The position numbers and the translations under genes are program-made. A stretch of 63,077 nt of DNA, from positions 1 to 63,077 of the IMG/VR virus record IMGVR_UViG_3300044627_000701; one strand, given 5' to 3'. Shown here in pieces: positions 8,873 to 17,575 of the stretch (position 1 is the stretch's first letter; every line of letters begins with the position of its first letter). Source of the DNA: a virus. Its lineage: Duplodnaviria; Caudoviricetes. The notes under the pieces were generated by a model. That model made no database searches. It worked only from the letters and a program-made list of their open reading frames with translations, and had not been told where the DNA came from.

Positions 8873-9553
8873 TTACCTCACCGGGTAGCGGACTTGGCCG
8901 CTGCGATACATGTCTTCACGGTTTTTACCTTCGCTCAGCTGCTTCAGCAGAGCAAGCGCTTCGTCGTAACGCTTCTGGTACCCAGCTAGCACGTCGGCCT
9001 CACCCTTCATGAAGGTATACGCCTCCAGCAGAGCGCCATAGAGCAGCACGCTTTCGAAGTTGTCTCCGAGCCACGAGGTACCCGCAGTCGTGATGGACGG
9101 CGGGTAGTAGAAATAGTGCAGCTCTACAGCGTAGTTAGCGTCGGGCGTGGGGCCAAGGATGTACGAGTTCTCGTCAAAGTAGGCGTAGTGGGTCGGCAGC
9201 CCCTGCGTGTTGGGGTTGGGGTAGGCTCCCCGGATGTAGTTCACATCCTTGTTCAGCAGGTACTCATAGTTCCCGTCCCCGTCGATGACGGCCATGGAGA
9301 AGTTGGCCAGCCAATCCGAGGGCACTGTGAGGTACTTGTTACCCAGTGTGCAGTTGCCGGTGACGTTCTTGCGCAGGTCCAGCAGCTGAACCGCGTTGAA
9401 GATACGTTCTTCGGCGTTGACAATGAACGTGTCGATCTGTTCGGTGGACGTCAGGGTAACCGTTCCCGAGCCCGTGGAGTCGGTCCACGAGGTGTTGGGG
9501 AAGTCGTTTTCAACGTATCCCTTGATCGTCTCGAACAGCTGAGCGTAGTTCAT
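8873..9553 (-). CDS. Putative head-tail adaptor protein
   Basis: 226 aa with MNY.QL...I..Y, GPTPD..Y.VELHY and LLYGALLEA motifs; position. Confidence 0.6.
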   Translation of the reverse strand: MNYAQLFETIKGYVENDFPNTSWTDSTGSGTVTLTSTEQIDTFIVNAEERIFNAVQLLDLRKNVTGNCTLGNKYLTVPSDWLANFSMAVIDGDGNYEYLLNKDVNYIRGAYPNPNTQGLPTHYAYFDENSYILGPTPDANYAVELHYFYYPPSITTAGTSWLGDNFESVLLYGALLEAYTFMKGEADVLAGYQKRYDEALALLKQLSEGKNREDMYRSGQVRYPVR

Positions 9554-9696
9554 CAGCCCATCTTCTTGCTGTGCCCGGTACCCTTGGTGGCCGCGCCTGT
9601 GCCGCGCGTCTTCTGGGTCTGAGTGTTGGCGATGTTGTTCGGATAGCCGCTATTGTTTGCGCCGATAGCGACCTTCTTCGGAGTGCCGTTAGACAT
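9553..9696 (-). CDS. Small basic protein (47 aa; absent from the ORF track)
   Basis: MSNGTPKK...TRGTGAATKGTGHSKKMG; TGA overlaps the next ATG. Confidence 0.55.
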   Translation of the reverse strand: MSNGTPKKVAIGANNSGYPNNIANTQTQKTRGTGAATKGTGHSKKMG

Positions 9697-9701
9697 GTTT
9701 T

Positions 9702-9890
9702 TTACCCCCGCGAGGACTTTTTCTGGTTGGCGATCTTAGCAAGATTCCGACCAAGGGTCTTCATCTGCATGTTGGTCTTGCCGCCCTTGGCGAGCTTGGT
9801 CTTCGGCATACCTTTGTGCATGGCGGCCTCGTGCTTATGCACGGCCTTCTTAACCATCGCCTTGTCCTGCTTGATGTCGTCCTTGGCCAT
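9702..9890 (-). CDS. Small Lys/Met-rich basic protein
   Basis: 62-aa ORF containing LAKGG. Confidence 0.65.
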   Translation of the reverse strand: MAKDDIKQDKAMVKKAVHKHEAAMHKGMPKTKLAKGGKTNMQMKTLGRNLAKIANQKKSSRG

Positions 9891-9891
9891 C

Positions 9892-10332
9892 TTAGTTCTC
9901 CGTCGTTACCGTCACAGTGCCTACCTGACCCTGCATCAATAGCGCATTTTGCAGGCCAGATAAACCCAAGGGGTTATTAAGTCCGACCGGGGCCCAGCCC
10001 CATTCGATGACGCGACTACCGCCCGATGGCGTGCCAGATGCCAGCACGTTGTCGTTAGGCACTTCGCCCTGCGTTTCTTCCCGCAAGCCTGTGAGACCGG
10101 CTTGGTAATATGTCGTATCCGGGCGTGGATTGCGCAGCGCTTGCGGGTCATCCACGGGGTACATGCCCAGTTGCAACTGAGGCTGATCCGGCTCCCAGCA
10201 CGTGGGGCACACCAAGATGTTGACGTTCTTCGTCTTGATAACGAGCTGCTTGAGCTCTTTGAGCTTGTAGCGAAACCCACAGCGGTCGCACTGTGAGATT
10301 GCCCTTTTGCCGGAGGCAAAGCGATTAGGCAC
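9892..10332 (-). CDS. Protein with a CxxC...CxxC zinc ribbon
   Basis: CDRC and CPTC motifs. Confidence 0.7.
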   Translation of the reverse strand: MPNRFASGKRAISQCDRCGFRYKLKELKQLVIKTKNVNILVCPTCWEPDQPQLQLGMYPVDDPQALRNPRPDTTYYQAGLTGLREETQGEVPNDNVLASGTPSGGSRVIEWGWAPVGLNNPLGLSGLQNALLMQGQVGTVTVTTEN

Positions 10333-10816
10333 TTATATCCTCCTTCACTGCCGAAGCCGTCTTCATCGACGCCCGGATGTCTCTGAGTTTTTGCCCTATC
10401 TCCATACGACGGTTATGAACCTCGTCAGGTAGGGGGTTATAGGGACCCGCATATTTCCTACCGTCTGCCGACGTAAGTGGGTACTGGAGCGCTAACTCTA
10501 CTTGCTCCTTCTTCACTACCACATAAGGGGCTATGGCTTCAAGGAACGCTATCGCATCTTTACTGCGTACGCGCCACACGTAGCATACAGAGTTGTTCAT
10601 GTGGTGCCGCCGACTCTTGGTTATCGGCGTTATATTACCGCCAAAATGCTCCTTGAACAGATTCAGGCACGGTGTAGACGTCTGAGTAACGGACGCGGTT
10701 AGCAAGTTACGTACTCTACGCCGAGTGTTTTTGTTCTTGGATATCTCAACAAAAACAGAGCCTTCGCCGTCGAAAAACCCCGCAGCCCATGCCAAGAACA
10801 ATGGGCCATGGGGCAT
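10325..10816 (-). mobile_element. Free-standing single-motif LAGLIDADG homing endonuclease
   Basis: LAWAAGFFDGEGSV motif, plus FGG and Y.W.V...DA..FL..I.PY...KK.Q pattern. Confidence 0.85.
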
Positions 10817-10819
10817 AAC

Positions 10820-11566
10820 CTATCGGAAATACTGGCGTGGGGCGATACGTAGCGGGGCCTTCTCGCGGTCCTCGTCCGATGCTTCCAGCCACAGCTCGTC
10901 ATACATTGCCTTGAGGCCCATAGACCGCTCCAGCGCACCGGGCAGTTTCAGCGACAGGTGATACGCCAGACCGGCCACAAGGCACGGGATGAAGCGGAAG
11001 GGGATGTCCTGCGTCACGAGGCCGTTGGTGCCAGCATCTTGGATGCGCCGCAGCCGCCAGTAGACGAACGTGTAGTAGTTGCTCTGCTCCGGAGCCGGCC
11101 AGACATTGATCTGCGGATGGTCCACGCCTGTGGTGGTGTTTGTCCCTGCTGGGCGTCCACCCGGCGGATAGGTCGCGCCTGACTGGCGGTTGATCCACAC
11201 CTGAATAGGCCGACCCTGCGCGTTCTTGTTCGGGATGGTGGAGTAAGTATCCACAGAGATGCGGTTGATGTTGATGTCGGTCTGACCCTGCTGCCCCGAC
11301 TGCGTACGGATGACGTGCTCGATGAGGTCAATGGTATCCACAGGCAGCTCATAGGTGATCTGCCCCTGCACCATGGGGATGGAGCCCTGCTCAACTGTCC
11401 ACAGGTTTATACCCTTGTTCGCCCACTCGATGGTCAGGATATTCAGGCTGCGCCGCGCCGTGCGGAAGTCGTAACCGGTGCGCATCTCCACGCCACAACG
11501 CTCGAACGCCTCTTCGAAGAGCTCGTTAAGGTTGAGGTTAAACGTGGATGTGCCGCTAGTGGTCAT
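10820..11566 (-). CDS. Putative head-tail connector / tail tubular protein
   Basis: 248 aa in the structural operon; function inferred from context. Confidence 0.6.
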   Translation of the reverse strand: MTTSGTSTFNLNLNELFEEAFERCGVEMRTGYDFRTARRSLNILTIEWANKGINLWTVEQGSIPMVQGQITYELPVDTIDLIEHVIRTQSGQQGQTDININRISVDTYSTIPNKNAQGRPIQVWINRQSGATYPPGGRPAGTNTTTGVDHPQINVWPAPEQSNYYTFVYWRLRRIQDAGTNGLVTQDIPFRFIPCLVAGLAYHLSLKLPGALERSMGLKAMYDELWLEASDEDREKAPLRIAPRQYFR

Positions 11567-11838
11567 TTCTGTCTCCGCGCTGCCTGTACGCGCTTAGGCG
11601 CACCGGGAGGCTGCCCCAACCGCTTCTTCTGAGCGATACGCGTCTTCTTCTCCGTAGGAGTCATCTCCGACGACGTCTTGGGGGTCTTATCAGAAATACG
11701 CTTACTAGGTCTACAGTAAGGTGTGCCGCGCTTCTCACCCGGCTGACGCCCGCAGGCTTTACCCGTACGGACGTCCTTCCAGTCTTCTTGGAACCAGCGC
11801 TTAAGCGAAGCGCCTTTCTCGGTCTTACGAACTGCCAC
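11563..11838 (-). CDS. Basic hypothetical protein
   Basis: Likely GTG start at 11838 (MAVRKTEKGASLKRWF). Confidence 0.6.
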   Translation of the reverse strand: MAVRKTEKGASLKRWFQEDWKDVRTGKACGRQPGEKRGTPYCRPSKRISDKTPKTSSEMTPTEKKTRIAQKKRLGQPPGAPKRVQAARRQK

Positions 11839-12103
11839 CTTTGTTACCCCAGTTCTTGGCACCGACCTTGCGGCACTTAGAGATAGCACCCGAGGCATAG
11901 GCGGAAGGAAAGACTTTGTAGCGCGCCTTAACCTTGGAGTAGCACGCGTCCTTGGTGCTGCCGCCTTCGGCCATGCGCTTTGCCTTCACCTTGCCGCCCT
12001 TGGCGTACATGGTGACCTCGTCGGGGTTGTCCTTCCGACGAATAGTCTTCGCCTTTGGCATCTTAGATGCCGCTATGGCACCCATACCCCGACTCGGTCG
12101 CAT
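11825..12103 (-). CDS. Basic protein with AxGG motifs
   Basis: Likely start at 12103 (MRPSRGMG); contains YAKGG, MAEGG and a C-terminal FPSAYASG segment. Confidence 0.6.
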   Translation of the reverse strand: MRPSRGMGAIAASKMPKAKTIRRKDNPDEVTMYAKGGKVKAKRMAEGGSTKDACYSKVKARYKVFPSAYASGAISKCRKVGAKNWGNKGGSS

Positions 12104-12104
12104 G

Positions 12105-12422
12105 TCAGCAGCTCTTCCCGCCCATGGCCATCTTCGGCATCTTGGTGTCGGTCTTGCCCTTCTTGACAACGCCGTCAGCGCGCTTCGACACGTTACCGCC
12201 AGCGGCCTTACATGCACCGCCAGAGGCCATCTTCGGCATCGCACGGCCCATCGTGTCAGCTGACTTCTTGGTCATCGCACGACCGGTCTTATCGGCCATC
12301 TTCTTGTCCTTCATAGCGAACTCCTTGCCGACCTTGGAAGGAACGCCCACCTTCTTGGCGAACTTGGGGTTAGCAGCGACTGCTGCCATGAAGCTCTTCT
12401 GCTTGGGGGTCTTGCTAGGCAT
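12105..12422 (-). CDS. Basic Lys/Met-rich protein with AxGG motifs
   Basis: Likely start at 12422 (MPSKTPKQ) with RBS AAGGA. Confidence 0.6.
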   Translation of the reverse strand: MPSKTPKQKSFMAAVAANPKFAKKVGVPSKVGKEFAMKDKKMADKTGRAMTKKSADTMGRAMPKMASGGACKAAGGNVSKRADGVVKKGKTDTKMPKMAMGGKSC

Positions 12423-12423
12423 G

Positions 12424-12588
12424 TCAGTCCTTTCCGAGAAACTTTTGCACCGTATCTGTCTCATAGATACGAATGCTAGTCCAGATGATGGTGAAGATGG
12501 CGGCAACAGCCGGAAGCATATCCATTAAAGTTCCAACAACGGTGAACACCGAAGCCGCATCGAGCGCAGTTTTTGCGTCGTCGGTCAT
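12424..12588 (-). CDS. Small membrane protein (54 aa; absent from the ORF track)
   Basis: MTDDAKTALDAASVFTVVGTLMDMLPAVAAIFTIIW...; fills the gap between its neighbours exactly. Confidence 0.6.
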   Translation of the reverse strand: MTDDAKTALDAASVFTVVGTLMDMLPAVAAIFTIIWTSIRIYETDTVQKFLGKD

Positions 12589-12589
12589 A

Positions 12590-12844
12590 TCAGCACTTCC
12601 ACGCCCGGAGGGACTTGTTGATGCGGCTGTTCGGGTCGTTGGCGGTCTTGGAGCTCGTCAGCTTCTTCTTCATCCCGGACATCCGGGCGCAGAAGGACTT
12701 CTTACGGGCACCACCTTCAGGCTGCGGGGCCTTGAGCCCCGGCTTCCCCGGATTGGCTTTGTTGTAGGACGCACGCCCTTTGGCGTTCAAGCCACCCTTG
12801 GGGTTCTTGCCTTCCTTGCGCGTCCAAGCCGGGGACTTAGCCAT
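12590..12844 (-). CDS. Basic phage protein (DUF6321-like, from recall)
   Basis: KGGLNAKGRASY...RKKSFCARM...DPNSRINKSLRAWKC. Confidence 0.65.
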   Translation of the reverse strand: MAKSPAWTRKEGKNPKGGLNAKGRASYNKANPGKPGLKAPQPEGGARKKSFCARMSGMKKKLTSSKTANDPNSRINKSLRAWKC

Positions 12845-13329
12845 CAGACCATCTTCCCCTTGGTCTTACCGCGCACCGCGCAGCCGTCACCACGCGAGCT
12901 AACGGAGCCGCCCTTGGCGTACTTCTTGACAGCCTTCAGGTCCTTGGCGTCCTCGCCAGACATGCGGTTGCCCGACTTCACGGACTCGCCGGGGGACGGC
13001 ATCGTACGCTTCTTGGGGGGCATGAGCTTCTTGGTTTCCTTACCAACCTGCTCAGAGACACGGTTGCCGCTCTTCAGCGACTCTTCGATGGACGGCATAC
13101 CGCCACTGGCCATCTTCTTGACCGTGCCGCCGCGCTTCATGCCACCAGCCGGCTTCATGCCGCTTTTGGCGGCAGCAGCCTTCTTTTCTGCTTCAGCTTC
13201 TTCCGCAGCACGGAGGCGACGAACTTCCTCTGGGTCTTTAATACCAAAAAGATGCGCGGCGGGTGAGTCGTAGATGGTCCCCCCAGCGAGAGGACCGAGC
13301 AACACTTTGAGAGGATCAAGTTTAGCCAT
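12844..13329 (-). CDS. Basic protein with AxGG motifs and a C-terminal RGDG..GKTKG tail
   Basis: 161-aa ORF with coupled start and stop. Confidence 0.65.
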   Translation of the reverse strand: MAKLDPLKVLLGPLAGGTIYDSPAAHLFGIKDPEEVRRLRAAEEAEAEKKAAAAKSGMKPAGGMKRGGTVKKMASGGMPSIEESLKSGNRVSEQVGKETKKLMPPKKRTMPSPGESVKSGNRMSGEDAKDLKAVKKYAKGGSVSSRGDGCAVRGKTKGKMV

Positions 13330-13742
13330 CAGACGAACCTTCCTTTAGTCTTACCCTTGGTGGCGCAGCCGTCTGCGCGCTTAGAGGCCGTAGAACCGCC
13401 CTTGGCCATCTTTTTGACCTTGCCGCCCTTCTTGAATGGGATAGCTGCACCAGCGCCAATAGCGCCACGGCGGCCAACGCCAAGGGACACACGCTCGCCG
13501 CCTTCCCCACGGATGGTAGGGCCAAGATAACCAGCAGTGCGGGCAATCGGCATAGGAGCACGAGCCGGAGCCGAGCCCATTGCAGGACCAGCCATACCAC
13601 CGCCGCCACCCGGCATCGACGGGCCCATACCACCGCTGGACGAGCCACGATTCAGAGAAGCAAGGTTGAAGTTCTGAGGGCGCATACCCTCGACGACGAG
13701 TTCTTCGTCTACCCCACCACCATCAGCGTAACGCTTCTTCAT
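13329..13742 (-). CDS. Gly/Met-rich protein with AxGG motifs and a C-terminal RADG..GKTKG tail
   Basis: 137-aa ORF with coupled start and stop. Confidence 0.65.
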   Translation of the reverse strand: MKKRYADGGGVDEELVVEGMRPQNFNLASLNRGSSSGGMGPSMPGGGGGMAGPAMGSAPARAPMPIARTAGYLGPTIRGEGGERVSLGVGRRGAIGAGAAIPFKKGGKVKKMAKGGSTASKRADGCATKGKTKGRFV

Positions 13743-14473
13743 GCTACATCCTTCTGTGGAACAACCATCGGGTAGAGGACGTCGTCCCCATAGTTACCGG
13801 TGTACTCCTGCACACCCATGTGGCCGAGGCTGATGGTCGGATCGACCCACACTTCATAACCCAGCTCGCGGGCACGGTCGCAGAACAGGAAGTCCTCGCC
13901 CATGTAACCCTCGTCGGTGAGCTTGAAGTCGAACAGGGCCGGGACCGTCTTGCCGCAGCGTTTGTCGTAGTACTTCCACTCTGGGTGCGCGGCGATCATG
14001 TCCTCGATGACCTTGCGCTGAATCAGCATGAACGCTGTCGCTACGCGCGTAGCCCGAACAAGGCCCATACCGTTCATCGTCAGCTCGCCATTCTCATCAT
14101 AGTCGAGGTCTGCGATGTAGGTTTTCTGTACGTCCCGGACGCGGGGGACACCCGCCACGATGCCCTTCTTGGGGTCTTGAGCCCACGCCATCAGGCGCAG
14201 GATGTCTTCAGGCTCGAAGTTGATGTCCGAGTCGATAAACATAAGGTAGTCAGCGTCCGACTCCAGCAGGTCCTGCACCAGCAGGTTGCGCGCCCGAGAG
14301 ACCACCGAGCAGCCACAGACGCTGCCGATGTTGATGTCAATACCGTGCTTAGGAGCCAGCTGCGCGAAGCGAGCAAGCGAGACCGCAAGCTTCAGCGACA
14401 CCTTGAAGTCGTAGGCGGGGAGGCCAATGAAGACCCCTTTTCCCGCCATATCGAAGCCTTTGACTGCTTGCAT
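13739..14473 (-). CDS. GT-A fold glycosyltransferase-like protein (late module)
   Basis: S.VSRARN, LMFIDSDI (DxD), TAFMLI, GEDFLFC and LGHMG motifs. Confidence 0.75.
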   Translation of the reverse strand: MQAVKGFDMAGKGVFIGLPAYDFKVSLKLAVSLARFAQLAPKHGIDINIGSVCGCSVVSRARNLLVQDLLESDADYLMFIDSDINFEPEDILRLMAWAQDPKKGIVAGVPRVRDVQKTYIADLDYDENGELTMNGMGLVRATRVATAFMLIQRKVIEDMIAAHPEWKYYDKRCGKTVPALFDFKLTDEGYMGEDFLFCDRARELGYEVWVDPTISLGHMGVQEYTGNYGDDVLYPMVVPQKDVA

Positions 14474-14476
14474 GGG

Positions 14477-14953
14477 TCACCCGTAGAAAACTGTAGTGGT
14501 TAGGTTAGCATCCAACCCTACATAAATCCCATTTTCAGCTAGAATGCCTTCGCCGGGAACAAGGATAGAGTATGCCACAGCATTATAGCTATCAGCTTCC
14601 AACAATACAGTTAAGTAGGCCGTTACGTTACCCGTACCCGATGCCGCCGTAGTAACCGTGAAGGTGGTGGCATTAGCAGTAAGGACGGTGTACGCGCCGT
14701 CCACAGCGGTACCGCTGGTGAAATCTAGGAATACCCTATCACCGGCAACGAGATTATTTGCTACCGTAACTGTTAGTGTGGTTGAGGTAATGCTGTACGT
14801 ACCCGCTTGCGGATCGTTGTCCATAAAAAGGACGTGCCTTGCTGCCGCAGTCGCGTTTGCAGAAATAATAGCCCCCTTCAAGCGGGTGCGGGAACCGTAC
14901 GCAACACCTGAAGTAGACCGGTGTTTGGATTTGACATCGTATTGCATACCCAT
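14477..14953 (-). CDS. Virion structural protein
   Basis: 158-aa beta-rich ORF downstream of the capsid gene. Confidence 0.6.
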   Translation of the reverse strand: MGMQYDVKSKHRSTSGVAYGSRTRLKGAIISANATAAARHVLFMDNDPQAGTYSITSTTLTVTVANNLVAGDRVFLDFTSGTAVDGAYTVLTANATTFTVTTAASGTGNVTAYLTVLLEADSYNAVAYSILVPGEGILAENGIYVGLDANLTTTVFYG

Positions 14954-14977
14954 AGGGGTGGCCCTCCTATTGAGCTA

Positions 14978-15379
14978 TTACGACGCGGTGGTTACGGCGA
15001 TCCAAGTGGTGCCGCCATCCGAAACGAACAAGCGGGTCGAAGCCGAGCTACCATCGCTGCGCAGGTAGATTGAACCCTTGGCAGCAGCCACGGTCGGGGC
15101 ACCCGAGCCGATGTAGACGCCCATGCCAGCAGCCGTGTTGGTTGCGATGAACGCAGAAGCGCCGCCAGCGACAAGCGCGACGTTGCTGTCAGCCGTGACG
15201 TTGCCAGTTGCCGATACCGAAGCTGCCGTGACAGCGCCAGTTGCCGCCAGAGAAGTAACCGACATAGCGGGGCCAAGGGTGGAGGTGACGGTAACCGCAC
15301 CAGTCGAAGCGTTGATCGAGATGGTCTGGAAGCCGTTCTCAGAACGTACCGGACCGTTGAACGTGGTATTCGCCATCAT
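14978..15379 (-). CDS. Virion structural / decoration-like protein
   Basis: MANTTFNGPVRSENGF start; RBS GGAG. Confidence 0.65.
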   Translation of the reverse strand: MMANTTFNGPVRSENGFQTISINASTGAVTVTSTLGPAMSVTSLAATGAVTAASVSATGNVTADSNVALVAGGASAFIATNTAAGMGVYIGSGAPTVAAAKGSIYLRSDGSSASTRLFVSDGGTTWIAVTTAS

Positions 15380-15389
15380 TTATCTCCGT

Positions 15390-15457
15390 GTAGTAGCACA
15401 TACCCATACCGTCGCTACTACGTCTGCTAGGACAGTCGGCACGGGTTAAATACCTAG
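15390..15457 (-). ncRNA. Structured RNA element downstream of the capsid gene (Mu-gpT-DE-like; two hairpins with kissing loops)
   Basis: Minus strand: stem CTAGG/CCTAG with loop ACCCGTGCCG and stem GTAGTAGC/GCTACTAC with loop CGGTATGGGT; the loops are complementary (2 G-U pairs). Confidence 0.65.
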
Positions 15458-15485
15458 TGGCGTACTTGTAGCACGACACAGAGAC

Positions 15486-15520
15486 AAAGAAAAGACCCCC
15501 CGACTTTCGCCGGGGGGTCT
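15486..15520 (-). terminator. Rho-independent terminator after the major capsid gene
   Basis: GACCCCCCG / CGGGGGGTC stem followed by TTTTCTTT on the minus strand. Confidence 0.8.
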
Positions 15521-15549
15521 CGAAGTCCTAAACTTCCCTAGGACTTAGC

Positions 15550-16461
15550 TTAGGCTGCGCCTTCGCTGCCGTACATGCCGAGCGGGTCGCTCCAGCCGAA
15601 GCTGTAACGCTCGCGGCTCTTGTAGCGAACGTTGCCGGTGTCGAAGTCACCATCCATGTTCTGCGCCATCGGCGTACGAACAAAGTGCTTCAGGCCGTTC
15701 GGCACATCGGTCGTCAGGAACCATGCGTCCGGGTCGGTCAGGAAGTGGTTGACCGTGTACCCTTCAGGAATAGCACCGTTCGACTTGATGGCGTTGATGT
15801 CGTTGTCGGAGGTCGACACGCGGAGTTCGGTCTCCAGCAGTCGAGTCGCAACGAACATCAGGCTAGGCGGAACAACCAGCTTCTTCGGCTTAGCCGCGAT
15901 CAGCAGGCCACGCTCGTCGGTCCACGCAGCAATCTGGATGACCGCAGCCTCAAGCGAGGTTTCGTTGAGGTCAGCCGGGGTGCTGGGGATGTTCGAGTTG
16001 GTGCCGCCACCGACCAACGGGTGCGAAGCCGAGAACAGAGCCACGCCATCGCCACCGGGATAATCGGCGTCGAAGCCGTTATTCAGGACAGCCGCAGCCT
16101 TGGTCTGCTTGGTGTACGCCATGGCACGAGCAAGTGCCTTGGTGTAGCGGGCCGACAGCGAGTCGTACAGGTTGTCTTCGATGGCTTCTTCCGTGATGGA
16201 AAACCCGAGAGCAATCGTCTCGTGGTTGTAGCGAGCCGTCCAAGCTTCCTGTGCGTTGTCATAAGCGATGGCCGAACCTTCGTTCTTCACCGGCGCAGCC
16301 GAGAAGCCCGAGAGCTTGGTTTCTTCTTCGAACGAACGCTCAGAGCTTTCCGTTTCGAAGATTTGCTTATGCTCTTCGCCGTAGCGTGCGTATTCGAGGC
16401 CGAACAGGGCGTTCAGACCCGGCAGAAGCTCCTTGAGAAGCTGTGCGCGTGAAATTGCCAT
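15550..16461 (-). CDS. Major capsid protein (Mu gpT-like family)
   Basis: 303 aa starting MAISRAQLLKELLPGLNALFG; follows scaffold and decoration genes; strong terminator downstream. Confidence 0.85.
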   Translation of the reverse strand: MAISRAQLLKELLPGLNALFGLEYARYGEEHKQIFETESSERSFEEETKLSGFSAAPVKNEGSAIAYDNAQEAWTARYNHETIALGFSITEEAIEDNLYDSLSARYTKALARAMAYTKQTKAAAVLNNGFDADYPGGDGVALFSASHPLVGGGTNSNIPSTPADLNETSLEAAVIQIAAWTDERGLLIAAKPKKLVVPPSLMFVATRLLETELRVSTSDNDINAIKSNGAIPEGYTVNHFLTDPDAWFLTTDVPNGLKHFVRTPMAQNMDGDFDTGNVRYKSRERYSFGWSDPLGMYGSEGAA

Positions 16462-16473
16462 TGTTCAGTCTCC

Positions 16474-17073
16474 TTACACGCCGGTTGGGTTGAGGTACTG
16501 GTGCATACCCTGATTCCACTTGACGATAACCTCGGAATACGAACCGGGGTTACCCGCCAGAGCGGTATCGGGGATGACGTCCACCACGCGCACGGGCCAC
16601 GTCGAGGTGGTTGCGGTGGTCGAGCTAACAGCCACGCGGCTGTTACCAGTGTTCGTCAGGCCCGAGTTCTGCACCAGAACAGCGTTGTTACCGACCGAAG
16701 TACGGTTCACAAAGCTCATGGTGGTGCCGCTCGAAACCACGGCGACCTTGAACAGCGCATCGGGATCGTCCAGCACGTAGGCCGTGATGCCGCTGATGTT
16801 CGTGGTACCGGGGTAGTACTGACGGAAGGTCAGACCAAACGTCGGATCGACGTAGGTGCAACCAAGGAACACACCTACCGGGGTAGCGGCGCTCGTACCG
16901 GTGTCCTTGTCGAGATTGCCGTCGCTGTTCAACTTGACGACGTCACCATAGAAGATGGCCGTGGACGAGTTGACAGCAATCGGAATCTGACGGGTGGACC
17001 CGGCAAACACCTGACCGCCGATAAGATTAATCGGGAGAAGCCCGTATGGGGCTTCAACAGCGGGATAAGCCAT
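16474..17073 (-). CDS. Capsid-associated (decoration/cement-like) protein
   Basis: 199 aa immediately upstream of the major capsid gene. Confidence 0.6.
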   Translation of the reverse strand: MAYPAVEAPYGLLPINLIGGQVFAGSTRQIPIAVNSSTAIFYGDVVKLNSDGNLDKDTGTSAATPVGVFLGCTYVDPTFGLTFRQYYPGTTNISGITAYVLDDPDALFKVAVVSSGTTMSFVNRTSVGNNAVLVQNSGLTNTGNSRVAVSSTTATTSTWPVRVVDVIPDTALAGNPGSYSEVIVKWNQGMHQYLNPTGV

Positions 17074-17085
17074 AATTAGCTCCTG

Positions 17086-17574
17086 TTATCTGCCTTTGCC
17101 AAATGATGTCGATGACTTCTTCTCACGGAAGAGAGGCATACGAGCATCGCTCTCGCGCATAAAGTTGTTGTCCACTGACTCCATCTGAGACTGATTTTTA
17201 CCAGAGAAGTAAGACTTACGCTGGTTCATCAGTTCCATCGGGGCTTTGCAAAGCAGCAACCCTGCGACTTCGACGTTGTCCTTGAAGCGGCTGTCCGGAT
17301 CGACCATCAGGCTAAACTTGGGTTGCTCGCTAATGCTAACAGGTTCCCAACCTTCGCGCAGCTTAGCCGAAATATTCCGGGGGTCCTTCTCACCGTTCGT
17401 GGAGACACGAATCCAGCGATAGGCGTAACCCGGCTGCTTGTCTGGCTCGGGCAGCGTTGATGCTGGGGCCCAAACTTCGACACGCTTTGTTTCTTCACGC
17501 GTCTGGCGAGGCGCACGCGCTTCACCAAGAGTTTCCATGACGTCGTCAAGGGAACGAGTATCACGAGTAGCCAT
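17086..17574 (-). CDS. Head-module protein of unknown function
   Basis: YRWIR and KLREGWEPV motifs; sits between the scaffold and capsid genes. Confidence 0.65.
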   Translation of the reverse strand: MATRDTRSLDDVMETLGEARAPRQTREETKRVEVWAPASTLPEPDKQPGYAYRWIRVSTNGEKDPRNISAKLREGWEPVSISEQPKFSLMVDPDSRFKDNVEVAGLLLCKAPMELMNQRKSYFSGKNQSQMESVDNNFMRESDARMPLFREKKSSTSFGKGR

Positions 17575-17575
17575 A

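Noticed and set aside
10325-10816. Group I intron or intein
   Set aside because: Both flanking genes appear complete, and there is no non-coding flank or in-frame fusion.
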